From assembly GCA_028534125.1 (NCBI GenBank), contig CM052817.1:61692001-61756000 (forward strand): a DNA stretch of 64,000 bases, given 5' to 3'. The stretch comes from Lama glama. Its lineage: Eukaryota. The translations under genes were made by a program, and so were the position numbers. Positions 1 to 14,639 of this stretch are shown in pieces (position 1 is the stretch's first letter; the number at the start of each line of letters is the position of its first letter). The notes below the pieces were generated by a model. It did no database searches. It was given only the letters and a program-made list of their open reading frames with translations, and was not told the origin of the DNA.

Positions 1-188
1 TTTGATTCATCTACACGTTTCAGAGTTGCTCTGTAGTGCATTCCTGAAACTTTATCTGAATAATCATACAACATTTTCTCATGTTGGTGGGTATTTTATA
101 CTTACCCATTGGAAGTTATATTTAATTAAATGGCCACACAATGATGTGTGGTTGTCAGGCAGAATGAGATTCAGCACATGGGTAGCTA

Positions 189-691
189 CAGTTGTCCCCC
201 CTTATCTGTGGTTTTGCTTATCACGGTGTCTGTTACCCATGGTCAACCAAGATCTGAAAATATTACATGGAGAATTTCAGAAATAAACAATCCATTAGTT
301 TAAAATTGCACACTGTTCTGAGTAGTGTGATGAAATCTCACATCTTCCTACCTGGGAGGTGAATCATCCCTTTGTTCAGCATATCTATTCTGTGTACCCT
401 ACCCACCAGTTAATCACGTAGGAGCCACTTTATCGGGTCGACTGTGGAGGTATTGCTGTGCTTGCATTCAGGTAACTCTTATTTTAGTTAACAGTGGCCC
501 CAAAGCGCGAGAGTAATGATGTTGGCAGTTTGGGTATTCTCTATCTGTGCTTAATTTATAAGGTAAACTTTATCATAGGCATATATGTCTAGGAAAAGAG
601 ATGGTATATATGGAGTTCAGTACTGTTGACAGTTTCAGGCATCCACTGGGGGTCTTGGAACATATCCTGCATGGATAAGGGGGGACTACTG
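189..691. mobile_element. MER44B-like Tigger7-family non-autonomous DNA transposon (TcMar-Tigger MITE)
   Basis: Terminal inverted repeats CAGTTGTCCCCCCTTATC (189) and GATAAGGGGGGACTACTG (to 691), flanked by TA at 187-188 and 692-693; internal sequence matches the remembered MER44 consensus (gaaaatatta.atgga.aatt.cagaaataaacaat). Confidence 0.9.
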
Positions 692-1789
692 TAGTATATG
701 GTGATGAGGTTAAAGGTAATGGAAGATAGATTCAAATGTAGATGACGAATTGTGTACTTAAATTGTTTTTCTAATTATAGTAGGTTTTAGTTGATCTTTT
801 AGTGGTGTATATAAAAAAAGAAGAAAAGTAAAAAAGTTGGTAGATCATTGTTATATTCTCAAGTATCAACAGTTGGAGTGGGAAAAATTAAAGGAATGTG
901 TGTTGTAGTAGCAGGACTGTGAAGAAACCGTGGTCTGTGGCTCGAGTGCCGGTCACTGTAATGACTGGAGTCTAGTCTCCAGAACACCCTCTCTCTGGGG
1001 TACAACCCCAACACTGATCTAACCTCTCGTGTTTTGCATCTGCTTCATGGCAGGTGGGCAGTACTGGTGGCAGGTGGGAGGATGTTAGGATAAAACTCAG
1101 GATTAAAAAAAAACTTAGGTTATTAAAAAATCAACATCAAGGTACTGTTCAGAAGATTTTGGTGAGAGGAGTAGGGGTAGAGGGAGGATCAGGAAGTCAT
1201 TTTGGATATGAGGGTGAGCTGAATTCCATAGGAAGGAGATGTTAAATGCTGTTTCTGATCTATGTAATTTTGCATTTCTTTTACAAATGGGTCATTTAAT
1301 AAGAGAGACTTATGAAAAGACTTAAATTGTATAGAAGTAGAGCATTTCTTAAAATTTCTTGACTGTAGATTAGGAACTTGACTTAGTTATATTAGGTCAT
1401 TGCATTTGACAAAGGAGTACTAGATCAAAGTGCTTTTATTATATTTTGAAAATACTAGTACTAGAGGTTAAAAGTCAACAAAAAGTGAAACTTAGCTTGA
1501 TTGCCCCTTAATCAAATTTATCTAAATCATATCCAAAATTGTAAATCTTTGACTTATTTTTTTCTATTTAAGTATGTATTTGTTGCACACAATATTTTTA
1601 ATAGCTTCATAGTGTATGGAGGTTTGTTTTATAATTTACAACTATGTACTTCAATACAATAATTTATAGAATAATAAGAATTTTCAGGTTTATGGATATA
1701 GTCTAGATTAATTCAGAAATATAAATGTGGATTTAATTATTTTTACTTATTAAAACTCATAAGAATGTAGTATATAGTTCAAAACACAG

Positions 1790-2950
1790 ATCTGTTCCAA
1801 TTGCTTTCTACTTGAAATCTTTAGCATTTCCCATCGCCTTCAAGATGAAGTCCAACATCTCTATCATGGAAGCCTCCTCTTTTTCATTTATTCATTTATA
1901 AAGCTTCTATTTGTCCCAGTCTGCTCCCTGTCCCATTCCTTAGAGGGATTATGTCATCTTCCATAACATATCCCTGTAGCTTTTCAGAGGTTGACCATTT
2001 CTTTTCCCTAATTGAGAAAATACAGGTCGTGGGAGATGTCCACCCATACTGCCACACATTCATTCCTAAGTATTAAGGATCATTTCCCCTTATTCTTAAC
2101 ATAACAATAGTCTTGTTTAATCATATTCTGTCTCCTCTCACTCTACCTTTTTCTTCCCTTCTGACTCCTTTTTTTTTTTTTTTACAAACTTTTTTCCCTT
2201 TCCAGAACCCTTCCCTGACCCAGTGTCAGCCTCTAACTGCTTCTGTAACTCTGAAAGTTGTCTGTATTCCTGACACCAACTGTCCATTTCATTGTCGATA
2301 GCTGGAATTGCTTTCATCAGGTCACTGACAACTGTTGATTTGCCAAATCTCACAGACACTTGTTTCGGGTACTGGTATATCCCTTGTATCGTGTCACGCT
2401 GCGTGTTACACATGCGGTGTTTGTTAACTGAATCACATTTTTCACTTGTATTATCTTCTCCTTATCCTATTTATATGACTTCACCTTTTTTAGGCTCTTT
2501 TACTCGCTCCTTAAATGTCGGTGTTCTCTTTAAGGTACTGAGACCACATTCTCACTGTAGCATGATTTTTACTGTTCCCTGGATAGACACCCCATTCTCA
2601 AGCATGCCTCCAAATACATAGCAGGTCTCTTACCCTGTCTTGGTCCATATTAAAAGACTTTGATCTTTTTGTGTGTTTCATAGAGTCCCAAACTCAGGAT
2701 GTCCAATTTTAACTCATGGTCAATCCATAAAGTATAGTCCTTTTGTGTTATTACCCGTAAGTGGCATCTAGCTATTCAAACACTGAAACCAGGTCTAGAA
2801 ACAATTCTGTAATTCCTGCTGTCTCTAATATCTTAATTTTGAGTCTTCCTCTTCTCCTTAATATTCCATTGTAGGGCCTTGGATCAGTGCCATCTCAATT
2901 TTCATCTGGAATGAACTTAATATAGTCTCTCTGCCTGCCTCTCTAGCTTT
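1790..2950 (+). mobile_element. L2 LINE fragments, heavily decayed
   Basis: ggaattgctttcatcaggtcactgacaactgttgatttgccaaatc (~2304-2350) resembles the L2 RT segment encoding TETALxKVTNDL..AKS; L2 3'-region-like piece at ~1810-1875. Confidence 0.65.
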
Positions 2951-5777
2951 TGCTATCTATGTTTTGTTTTGTTTTTTTCTCTTTTTTTAACCTAAAGAAA
3001 AATTTTTACAGTTCCATTGGGATGCATGATTTTTTTTCCCTAGAACAAATTGAAAATACTTGTTTGAGAGCCCTTGGAAAAAACAGAATTTTTCAAAACC
3101 TTCAAAAAATGATGGATATTGCTCAATACATGCTAATGTTTTACATATAATTATCATATTTTTGAAGTTAGTTTCAGCTGCATACTAAGATCACAGTTTA
3201 CTTCTTTATTCGGTGAAAAAGAGCTGCTCACTGTTGTTGGCTTTAGCGATGAGGAAACTAATGTGATCACGTTTCCTTGGAGGGGGCCAAGAAGTGTGCT
3301 TTGTTTCCAGTGCTGAAGGATAAGCAGAATATTAACAGGCCACTCTAGGCAGAGAGAAGACAAAAGCCAATGCTTAACGCCATGAAAAGAAGCAGGGTGA
3401 AAATATTCTTGGAACATGAAAATAAATGTTTGAATTTACGCAAGTGCATTTGACTTACTTTCAATCAGAAGTATTGTGTAAGAAGATGAATAGTTTATGC
3501 TTGCTTAGTCACTTTAATTTCTTTAGACAGCTATTTCATCTCAGGGATTCCCAATTTGGTAGACTCTGTATAATGGATTGAATGCTGCCCTTTAATTTCT
3601 TCCGTCACTCCTAATTTCTTGTTCACACTGCTTATTTACGTAGTAGTATGAGTCTCCATGGAGTCATTATTTAAAACTTAAATGTTAGAGCACTCTGAGG
3701 ATCAGGCCAAAAAGAAAGTGTATTTTAGCTTTCTGTAAAATCTCTTCAAAAAATAAAAGAAGAAAGCTATAATTTGTTTAAAATAATTTATTATTGTCTT
3801 TCACACACATGTACACATACATATGAAGGAGAAATACTAATTTGTATTTCTACTTGCTAGATAATTTGTAAATTACATTTCTTATTCTTTCTACCATGTA
3901 AAAGAGAAAAACCTCCATAGCTTTTCTTTTAAAGTCTAGAATCATTATTCATATATTGTATGAAAACAATTTTACACTTTTTTTTCTTCAAATCTTTTTC
4001 CTTTATATTTCTAAGCACTAGAAGAAAGCCAGATTTTTTCCTGTGATGCTAAAATTTCTTCCAGATCACATGCTAAAATACCCTTTCCTGTTTCCTTTGA
4101 GGTCCTTCCTAAGTGATCAGTTGTAGACTTTTAAGTCTATATGGCCAGGTCTTTAATGTACTTTGTCTAAAGTTAAACTACTCAGATAGCATGCATCCTC
4201 CTTCAGTATTCAGCTTTGCATCTGGGCTATACTTTAACCAGGTAGTGTTTCTTTTTTTTCCTTCTTTTAGATTTGACTGAAATTAGAGGTACCTTCTGTC
4301 TATATTATATGGGCTCAAAAGACCTGCTTGATTTGGAAATACCTCACTCTTACTCATTATAAAATAGAATGTGGCTGTGTTTCTAAGTATATATGCTTTT
4401 CCTAATTAATAACATTTATCTTCCTTGAGATCGTGTAAGCATTTCTTTAAAAAATTTAGTTTGTATAAAATGGTTCATGTTTTATATATGCTTGGCCTTT
4501 TAAAATTTTTTTTTCTAAAGATGTGAAGATGAAGGGTTATAGAGAACAGCAGCACTTCTTTCCTCTTTGAAATGTGGTCAGTTTTTGTGTAAGGAATAAT
4601 AAATACCGAGAAGAAGGAATACATTATTAGTAGTACTTTCATGCTGATATTTAGCAAGCCTTATGGATAATAGAGTTGAAAACATACGCAGTCTACATGT
4701 TTAAAAAGTTACATTACCTATGGAAGAAATTGCAAAGGACTTCAGATTTAAAGAAAAGAAATTTATCTTACTGTTTTCAAGTCTTTTAAAAGTCTATTTT
4801 TATGAGTTCTGACCAGTCTTAACTAAATTTTGCCTTTAAACCTTTGGATGAAAATTCATGTTACTTGAGTTTCTTCAGTGTGAACTTAGTGCCGTATTTG
4901 GACTTGTTTTTGTGATTTTCTTCCACTGAAGTTGGAAGGCAGTCTTGAAGAATAGATTTTTGGCTCTCAAGGGCCATCACAGTCACACACTACTTCTTAA
5001 TCACTGTGTCTGTGGAGTGTCTTGCTGATGTAGCTCTCAGTGTGTTGACTTGCTCTCCTTGTTTCCAGCCAACATTTTTGTAAATGTTTCAACCGCCTCC
5101 TACACCCCCTAAAAAAACCCAAAACAAACAAAACCCAAAACTACACATTTACCGCTTGTGGTGGAGAACATCTTTACTTGGTTATGTTATTTGCGTTGTG
5201 ATGATTATGGAATTACTGCTGTAATAGAAACTGTCAACTTTAAGTTATCAGTGCATGTTTTGGATTAACAGCATTGTTAGTTTTTATTTCTTTTCAGTCC
5301 TTTTGCTTGTTTCCTTGTGCCTTAGTGGAGAATTGGGAAGGAAAAGAAATGATTTAATGTTTCACCATTTAATTCAACTTTTCTTGAGTAGCTGAGAGTA
5401 AATATAAACGTTTTTGTTACAAGGAGGCTTTTGTATCATCTGTGGATTTGATACTCTTCCGGCACAAGTAATCCTCTGTTAGCACAGTGAATTTATAATT
5501 GCTCCGACATTATTGAAAGTCTTGCAATGGATTCTGACCTGACTCTGGAAACTTTTTCTCTAAAACTGAGATGATACAAAAGAGGTTAACAGGATTCAGA
5601 ATCTGAGATTTCCCATATCAGCACTGGAAGCTGTCTTGTGATATGTTCTTGAAGAGCACTTATGAAACAGTAGAAATAGCTTTAGTTGAGGAACTAAGTA
5701 ACCTGCGTTCTCAGGTACACTCTTTTTGAATATCAGATTCTCACATGTAAATCCTTTTTTTTTTTTTTGGTGAGAAA

Positions 5778-5975
5778 TACTATGTTAAATGCTGCATGTA
5801 CATTATCTTAATTATTACAGTAGGTGTGAGCTAGGCATTATCTCCATTTTACAGATGAGGAAACCAAGACTTAGAGAAAGTAAGCAGCTTGCCCGAGATG
5901 ACACAGCCAGTAAATACAGAACTGGAATTCATACCTAGGGACTGTCTGACTGCAAGATCCTGCTCTTCTCTGCTC
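5778..5975 (-). mobile_element. MIR SINE
   Basis: MIR core attatctccattttacagatgaggaaacc...gcttgcccgagatgacacagccagtaaat. Confidence 0.9.
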
Positions 5976-8026
5976 TCTCTTCTCCATGTGAAGTACCATG
6001 TACTTATTGTGAAGATTATGTAAGCTAAAGTATGCATCCTTTATAAAGTGAGTTATTAGTCTTGGTATAGTAAAAATATGGGCATATTTGGAATTGGAAC
6101 TGTTTGTAATCCCTTCTGCTATTTTAAGGCTTTATATTTATTTCATAATTTTATATATAAATATTTTACACCTTCAGGATTGATAATATTTTGCCCATGT
6201 CATGTTTCTTGATTTATGAAGTAAGTCGTGTTATTTTTTAAAATCTTTACTAAGAGGGAAGGAAATCTATGAAAATTCCATGGATTTTTGTTCCGGAAAA
6301 AAAAATCAGTAGTTTTACCTCAGAACCTTCTTCAGGATTTTCTGGACTTTAGAATTTAATAATGTTATATCATTCACTTACTTCATGCTGGAGAACAGAA
6401 TCTTTAATACTTCGCTATTCTAAAAAAAATAATACAAGATAAACACGTTAAAAAAGGGTTGATTGCCTTAGGATACTGAATAGTCAAAAATTTTTAAACA
6501 ATTTAATTTATTACCTGTGTATACAAGCTATTTTGAGTGTTGTGCATTACTGAAATACTTTAATGCCTTCTTAATTAATATGCATTGCTGAAATACCCGA
6601 AGCTTGAATCTAGAATGCTTAAAAAATTTTAAATTGCAAGGGGAAAAGAAATGAATGCTTACTCATGTTGTAACACTTTTCTGTAATTTCCCTCAATTTC
6701 TTAGGTTGTCCTCTGGTACCTTTCATTTGGGTTAGGAATGGATTTTAAGTACTCTTGATTCCAAGTAATTTGTTTAATTGTCTTAATGCTATCTTTATAA
6801 TGATTTTAAGCTGTGCTGCTCTGCGAGTGAGTGCCCAAGGGCTGGATAATTGACATCCAGGCAGTGAGGTCTGCTTTCTCTTACTGGCCTCTTGGCAGCC
6901 TCTGTGACCTCACAAGGGCATCTAAAAAAAAAAATCTTTTAACCTCTAGTAGCTTTGAAGGCAAAGTTCTAGAATATGGTTTAGGAATTCAAAAATGGTA
7001 ATTTAAGTAAAACTAAGATAAATACATGTTTGTAGACAAAGCATTAAAGTTTAAACTGTAGTAGAAGCTGTAGTTTCAGCATAAGCATAAAATTTATTTC
7101 AATATTTTTTAAACCCAGGAGCAATATAGTGTGAAAAGTCCCTATCAACATCACATATTGAGTAATGGTTATAAGTATTTGTTTGCAATGTAAATTTTGT
7201 AATACTGTTTTTTGATTAAAGGAGAAGTGTATGAAATTATTAACCTTACTTTTCAGATGAGAAGTATAGAAGTTTCTTTGTCTTTTATAAATAGTATGAA
7301 TTGATGAATCTACTGCTTTTTGTTTTAATCTTATTAACACCTCCATCTATTTAGCATAGCCTCAGGTAAACGTTTGGCAATCAGGGATGATCATTGATTG
7401 TCCAGTTACTTTTAAGTGCTTTCTGTGAGCATAAAACTGAATTCTGGATGAAGGATATAAGGAATGATCACTGCTCCTAAGAAGTTTGGAGTGAAGAAAT
7501 TTAATTTGAACCAATTTAAAGCTAATGTAAGTCCATACTGGCTGTGGAAGATTTTGTAGGGTATATCTTCATTTATTGGAAACCCAACTGATTAGGTTGC
7601 CTGTGAGGTCCCCCAGGCCCACCTCACATGTGCCTAGGCTGTATTAAGAAATCTCTATCTGAATTCTATTCACCTTAAGTCAGACTTCGTGGGTCATCAC
7701 TGAGCAGTCTTGTAACAGCTATTCCTGATGGCTTTTTTCCACCTCTCTGATCTGTCTGGCCAGAGCTCTATTTGTATTGCCACTTCAGAGACTTCTTGAG
7801 CACTGACCGCCTTACCAAAGGGCCCTCAATCCACTATTCTAGTTTGATATGGGCCACTCTTCTCTCATTTGCCTGTTGACCTGGGTGTTTTGCTTTTCTC
7901 CTCCTTTGTGTAGGGTGGATTTCCTGTCTGGTCTTTCTCCTCCTCCTGCCTTTCTAAATCTGATCATACTATGAATTCTGACTTTGTAGTTTCATGTATG
8001 TTACTAATTACCTGTGTTTTATTGCC

Positions 8027-9312
8027 TTTAAAACATTGTGATAGAAAACATAAAATTTACCATGTTAACAATTTTTAAGCATACAGTTCAGTAGTGTTAA
8101 GTGTATTTATATTGTGCAACAGATGGTCACAACTTTGTCATCTTGTAAAACAAACTCTGCTCTTGAAACAATACCCCATTTTTACCTCCCCTCAGCCTCT
8201 GGCAGCCATGGTTCTACTTTGTTTCTGTGAGCCTGACTACTTTAGATACCTCGTATAAGTGAAATTTTACAGTAGTAGTATTTTTTAATGACTAGCTCGT
8301 ATCACTTTTCATAATGTCCTCTGGTTTGTCCATGTTGTAACATATGACAAAATTTCCTTTTTTAAGGCTGAATAATATTCGTATATATTATTATATATAT
8401 GTAAAATATTCATTTACATTAATAAAATGTGATCAACATTTTGCTTATTCTTTCATCCATCTGTGGGCATTTGGCATGCTTTTATACTTCTTGGCTACTG
8501 TGAATAATGCTGCTATAAACATGGGTGTACAAATACTTCTTCAAGATTCTCCTTTCAGTTCTTTTGGATATATGCTCAGAAGTGGGATTGCTGGATCATA
8601 TGGTATTTGTATTTTTAACTTTTTGAGGAACTGCCACCATGTTTTCTGTGGTGGCTGCACCACTTTATATTCCCACAGTGTACCAGGGTTCCGGTTTCTC
8701 CACATCCTAACACTTGTTATTTTATTTTTGTTTTTTAATCGTAGTCGTAGTTGTTCTCCTGAGTGTGAGGCGGTATCTCATTGTGGTTTGATTTTTCATT
8801 TCCCTATTGATTAGTGACTTTGAACATTTTTTCCAATGCTTGTTAGCCATTTGTATATCATCTTTAGAGAAGTGTTATTGAAGTCCTTTGCCCATCTTTT
8901 AATTGGGTTTCTTTTACATTGTTATTGTCGGTGTGTAAGAGTTCTTTATATATTCTGAATATTAAACCCTTACCAGATAGAATTTGCTAATATTTTCCTC
9001 CCCTTCCGTCATTTGCCTCTCTACTCTCTTGATTGTATCCTTTACTGTGCAGAAGCTTTGTAGGTTTGGTGGGGTGCTGTTTGTCTGTTTGCTTCTGTTA
9101 CCTGTGCTTTCGATGTTGTGTCCAAGAACTCATTGCCAAATCCAGTGTCATGAAGCTCTCCTTTTATGTTTTCTAGGAATTTTAGTTTATTATGTCTTTA
9201 AGTCTTTAATTCATTTAGAGTTAATTTTTATGTAAGGTAAGGGTCTGGCTTCATCCAGTTTTTTTCAAATGTGGATGTCCAGTTTTGCCAGTAACATTTG
9301 CTAAACAGACTG
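8027..9312 (-). mobile_element. 5'-truncated L1 (L1MB-like), 3'UTR plus end of ORF2
   Basis: Antisense L1 hallmarks: aacataaaatttaccat...cagttcagtagtgttaagt, aataatgctgctataaacatgggtgtacaaata, gggattgctggatcatatggta, tatctcattgtggtttgatt. Confidence 0.9.
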
Positions 9313-11239
9313 AAAATTACCTAATTTACTCATTAATCATTCTGAAGCTAACGTTTATCATTGAACATTAGGCATTTTTGAAACACTATGACTTTTTACA
9401 CATCAGGAGATTGCAGCCCAGAGGAAGCCAGGATGAAATGAAACATGTTTATCAATTCATTAATTCCTAGTTACTTAACAAATGTGTATCATGTACCAAA
9501 ACTGTTTCTAAGTGACTTGGCCTCATGTTGGCATTTTAGGCAAGACTGCCTAGTGTATTTAAGCATTTCAGTTTGATGCTCTTTGTGGAGTGATGTGATT
9601 TATGTTGATTGTGCCATTTATTAATGCTTTTTTGTGTCTGATTTGAAAGCTCAAACTTGCAATAACTTTAAAACACAGGGATAATTAAAACGTAAATCAT
9701 TAACTTCATCTTGACATCATAATCACATACAATTTTGTTTTTCAAGCTATTAAAATGTTCTATTTTGTGAATCCAAATCAAGGTCTCTCCTGATTTGGGG
9801 TTAAATACAATTGTATTCTAACAAAGTTCCATTAGTAACTTTGAACTCTATGGGGAATGGATTTTATTTTGCTTTGAGACTGTGGGAATTTTATTACACT
9901 AAATCTGGCTGTCAAGTCACTGTCGGTTTAATTCAGATATTTGTTTACCTACTTAATCTGATACTGTTATAATGAAAAAAGTCTTCTTTTTTTTTCACCT
10001 TATTTGACTGGACATTTTGCTTTTAGTCTTCCTTACTCTGTCTCTCTTGTTTATGTATTTTAACTGGAAAGCATATTTCTTACCTAATTAAGATCTAACT
10101 GTGGTTTATACAAATTTTACTAGAATGGGGTGATGTGAATAGTAACAAAAGGCTATGAAAATCCAATTATTTTTCTTGCTTTCCCTTTTTCAGTAAATAA
10201 ACTTGGTTAGGATAAATGTCCTAGATAAAAATCTAGTTTATATAATTAACTCTCAAGCTATGGCTGTACTTTTATATAAGTAAAATCTTCAGTTGTATTT
10301 AAACTTATTTAGACCTAGTATCTGCTCCTTTTCAGAAAGATACCACACAAACTTTATATGGTGTCTGTAGTTTTATTATATAGAGTACTGTATTTTCTTA
10401 TGTTTACAAGCACAGAGCTCAGAAAGTTAGAGCTTTGAGGTGCTAAAGTACAAATACACTTTTTTCCCAATTTAATCATGCATTGCCATTGGATCTGCAT
10501 TTGAATTGGTAAAAGATCACCCACCCTTTTCTCAAGCCAATAGATTAAAACAAATAATACATCATTTTTCCCCCCTCTGTTGACAAGAGTGAAATTCAAT
10601 CTACTCTTTCTTAGACGTGAAAGGAAGGGAAGGTCATTGCATGTTCGTTGATAAAAGTAAGGTCATAGTAATTATTAAAGAGTTTAGGATGTTTGTTGGA
10701 CATCGTTGTTGCTTTTTGACATTTTGTCTTTGGGGTATGCTGAAGTTAACAGGAAGATAATATATTTTATACAAAGAATGGAATGTACACTTGTTCCTTT
10801 AGTTATCAGTAAAAACACATAAGATAAGGAAACTGGTATAAATCAACATGACAAAGTGGTTGTGATTTGCTATATAATGAGAAAGTAACTTGTGCCTTTC
10901 ATTTGAAATGTTGGCTTACAGATTTAGTCTGTTAATCAAACATTTACACACTCGGTAATAACCTTTTTCCCAAATATTGCTGATATCAACATGATAACAT
11001 TTTTCAGGTTAATACAAACTAGATTAAAGAATTATGCTGTTTTCAAGCAAATCCAATCCATTATATTTTCAGGCTGATGGTTCTAGTTGGCTTCACTCAT
11101 TTGAGAGGGCAAATGTGAAACAGGTGTGAGGACATCAGAGGCCCCAACCCTGAAGAGATTGACATGGACCTTAGTGATCATTTGGAGACTTTTCTAACCA
11201 ATTTGTGCCTGCATGGAGTTACTTTTTATAATGTGCTTC

Positions 11240-11480
11240 AGTGTTCAGGCCATGTTAGAAATACTTCATATGTATTCAATATATATATATATATATAAAA
11301 ATATATATATATTCAGTGTTCTTTACAGCAGCTCTGTGGGGACTAAATTCTGTTAGTATTCTCATTTTAAAGATGATAAAACCTGAGCACTGGAAGGTTA
11401 AGAAATCTGTCCAGGATTACATGGCTAGTAAGTGGTAGAGCTAGAATTAAATGACAGCCTCATGCTCTTTACTGCTAAAA
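11240..11480 (-). mobile_element. MIR SINE interrupted by a (TA)n microsatellite (~11279-11312)
   Basis: attctcattttaaagatgataaaacctgag...ggctagtaagtggtagagctagaatt. Confidence 0.8.
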
Positions 11481-13984
11481 TTATATTGAAAACCTACAAC
11501 ACTATTAGAGTAATTACCCTATGGCTGACCCTTGATTATCATACATCAACTGACAGCTTCAGCTGCAAACTCAAATTTTTGGTCAAATCCTACCTTTAAG
11601 TAAAACTATGTATTTTACAACTGTCTTTCAGTTTTTGACACCTAATTTGTTTTCAGTCAAAAACAAATGTGTAAATAGTGTTTCTGTGAAAACACCAATG
11701 TAATGGCTCTCCTCTAATCTTCACAGTTATGTTTATGTTTTTAAAATTTTAAGTTACTGTAATGAAAGGTGAAGATAATATTCAATAAGAGAGAATATAA
11801 CTTTCACCTTTTGGTTAGTTATTTAATCATCTCTTCTCACTTTCTTTTAACAAATTTTTCTGGAAAATACTGGCTTCATTATTTCATGATTCCTGGAATA
11901 TTTGCACAAAACATTAAAAGATTAATGGCAAATTCTATGAGAGGAAATAACTGCATGTTTCCTTGAAAATGAAATATTTAAGAACCTGAATCAAATACTG
12001 TTGGAGTGAAGAAGTTCACGTTAACAATGTAACTATTATAGAGGCAGGACACGTTGGTCAGAAAATCTTCTGAGTAGAGTGTAGGAGACCAGGGAGATGT
12101 GCACACAAGAGCTATGTTATTCTCAAGGGTATTCTGTATTATACATCTATTTAAAGGCTCTTGAATGCCAGTCATTGTTTAATGGCTATATTTTTATAGT
12201 TTCCTTAAACTCTTTAGAAACCACGTACCCTTCTTTCTACTCTTCTGTAATGAAAGGTGGCACCGTCCACCTAGTGGCAGCAACCTGGATTAGAGACCTA
12301 GGACGGAAGAAATAAGGAGGCTCTGTTAGCTTTCGCACCTAAATCTCTTGATTGACAACCGGCTACACCTAAGGTAAACAGACACCTTTTTAGCATGAGA
12401 CAGAAGATGTTAGATGAAGAAAAAGAACAATGGATATGAATTAACAAGTCTTAAGGATCTGGATGTCAGATAATTTGTAAGTCAGTTTAGAGAGGTGCTT
12501 AATTTGTTCTTGGTAATTAGAGAATAGGTGAATTCTTAATGCAACTTGAAAAGAATAAGAATTTTTCACCAGGTGCTTCAATGAGATTGAGCCAGTTCAT
12601 TTTCTGTAAGAAGAAAAAAAAAAATGAGATTGTGGAGTTGACTGACACTTGTTCTTTGTGAACATTGCAGGGTGAATTAGTTCATAATAATGATGGAAAG
12701 ATGTGCTTTATTTTCTTGTATCTTCTCTAGTAACAAATGAGCAGTATGGAGAATAAGTTATACTTTTATTTGACTTTAATGTACTACAGTGAACTCTGAA
12801 AATTTTTTATATTTACATCATTGCTAAATACACTCAATGAGGTTTTCTGAAAGTTACTTAATCCATATTTTTATAGGATTCCATTGTTGGCTTAAAAATG
12901 ACCATTTTAAAAGATAACAGGAAAATTTTAAATAAGGAATAAATAATACAGTTTAGAAATATTACTGTTTTTTGGGCTATCAATACAACTTAATTTTTTT
13001 TTCCTAGGTTAAGTGTTTTGAGGTTAAGTTTTCTACGTGGTAACGTCCAGAGCCACCACATTATGCCATTGGACTGAAAACCACACGTTGTCTTGGGCAT
13101 CAGAATCATGGGCTCTCCCTCATGGGGAGAGGTGGTGTGAGAGCGGGCCGGAAGCAGTAGGTCTTAATCTGGCTGCTGTTTTCTTTCCAAAGGATGGCGT
13201 CTGGGGCATAGGAGGAGAGCGTTGGAAACCCCTGCAGTACCAGGGTGAGGAGTTGGGAGAACGCTTCCATTCATGTTTGAGTGTTGCTCCCAGTGTTTGA
13301 TGGGCTCAGAGTTTAACCCCAAAGGAAGGAGAGGGGAGGGGTCTTTTACTTGGACTTTGGATGGGGTTAGAGACCTAGCCAGATGTACTGGCTTCAGAAT
13401 TGGGATTTCCTGCTAGTCAGTGAACCAGAGTAAATCAGAAAAGAGGAAGAACCTCAGCCTGTGGGCTAGGCCCCCATAATTCTGCTGGGGAAGAAGGTAC
13501 CTGCAGCTCCTTTCGCTAGGGATGAATTGTAGGAGTAATCCAGACAACAGGGCTAATCTCAGTCCCACCCCCCAGGATGTAAGGCTTCTAACACAAGGCT
13601 TTCTGAACATACTGCCATGAACAATGGGAGTGCTCAGCCTGTAAGTTAAAATTTTCACTATATTCTTAAGAGTGAGCTTGAGGAAACTGAATATAGAAAC
13701 TGATAGGCATGTATGTTTTTTCCAGAGACATCAGCTATCAACTGTATTGAATTTTCTTTAACATATTGTCTAGAAATGTAATATTAGGACGTTTGAAACA
13801 TTTTATTGCTGACAATTTTATTAGTGAAAATAATCTATGCTTATTGCGGAGATAGCGGAGGTAAAAGGAATTCTTCACCTCAGTGTTAGTGTTTCTACGT
13901 TCTCCCTCCATCTGTCAGCCTCCCCTCTTTAACTTGGAGTCATGTTGCCTCTGTTGTTGCTGGTCCTCTAAAAAAATTTTAAGT

Positions 13985-14585
13985 AAAGGCTGTGCAGCCT
14001 TCTGTTGTATTGTGTCAGAGTATATCTCTAGAATATATTCCTGACAGTAGAATAACTAGATCAAGAAATGGGAACACTTTTAAAGGCTTTTAAAATGTAT
14101 TGCAGAATTTCTTCTTGGATTGCTGTATAATTGATGTTTGTTCCAGGAGTTTGAGGGGACTGGTTTTCATTAGTTAGAAGTATTATGAAAATCTTTGCAA
14201 ATTAGCTGGGAAATTTGTATTCTGTTTTAATGCTAGTCTGCTAGTCTTTTATCCCTTCTGAGGTTTCACTTTTTTTTTTACTTTTGATACATTTATTTTG
14301 ATAGACATTTGTATCTTTTGTGATTTTCCTGTTCACGTGTTTTCCAGTTTATCTGTTGCAGTTTTAGCTTATTACTAATTTGTATGGGATCCTTGTGTAA
14401 TTAAATTATTGAATTTTTTTGCTCTTATGTCATATTTTTATAGTTTGCTGCTTACCTTCAATTTAAATGAATTTATTGAAGTATAGAGGTTTCACACTGA
14501 ATTTATTGAAGTGTAAAGTTTTCACATTGTATATTCAGATCTAATGAATTTTTAAAAAATAATTTCTTCTAATTTCCAGATTTAG
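13985..14585 (-). mobile_element. Old L1 (L1ME-type) fragment
   Basis: tagaatatattcctgacagtagaataactagatcaag...cttttaaaatgtattgcag resembles the antisense L1ME 3' region. Confidence 0.6.
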
Positions 14586-14639
14586 AAAGAAAGCCCCCAA
14601 ATGGCCATTTTGATGATAATACTATTAATAGGGTGTGTA

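Noticed and set aside
2138..2413. 91-aa minus-strand ORF with a protein-like, Lys-rich tail
   Set aside because: It lies antisense to an L2 RT remnant; the poly-Lys comes from a T-run; no splice context or recognisable homology
8344..9235. 156-aa and 83-aa plus-strand ORFs
   Set aside because: Antisense readings of the L1MB-like element
14468..14528. 30-bp imperfect tandem duplication (tgaatttattgaagt...ttcaca)
   Set aside because: Ordinary slippage duplication inside an old L1 fragment
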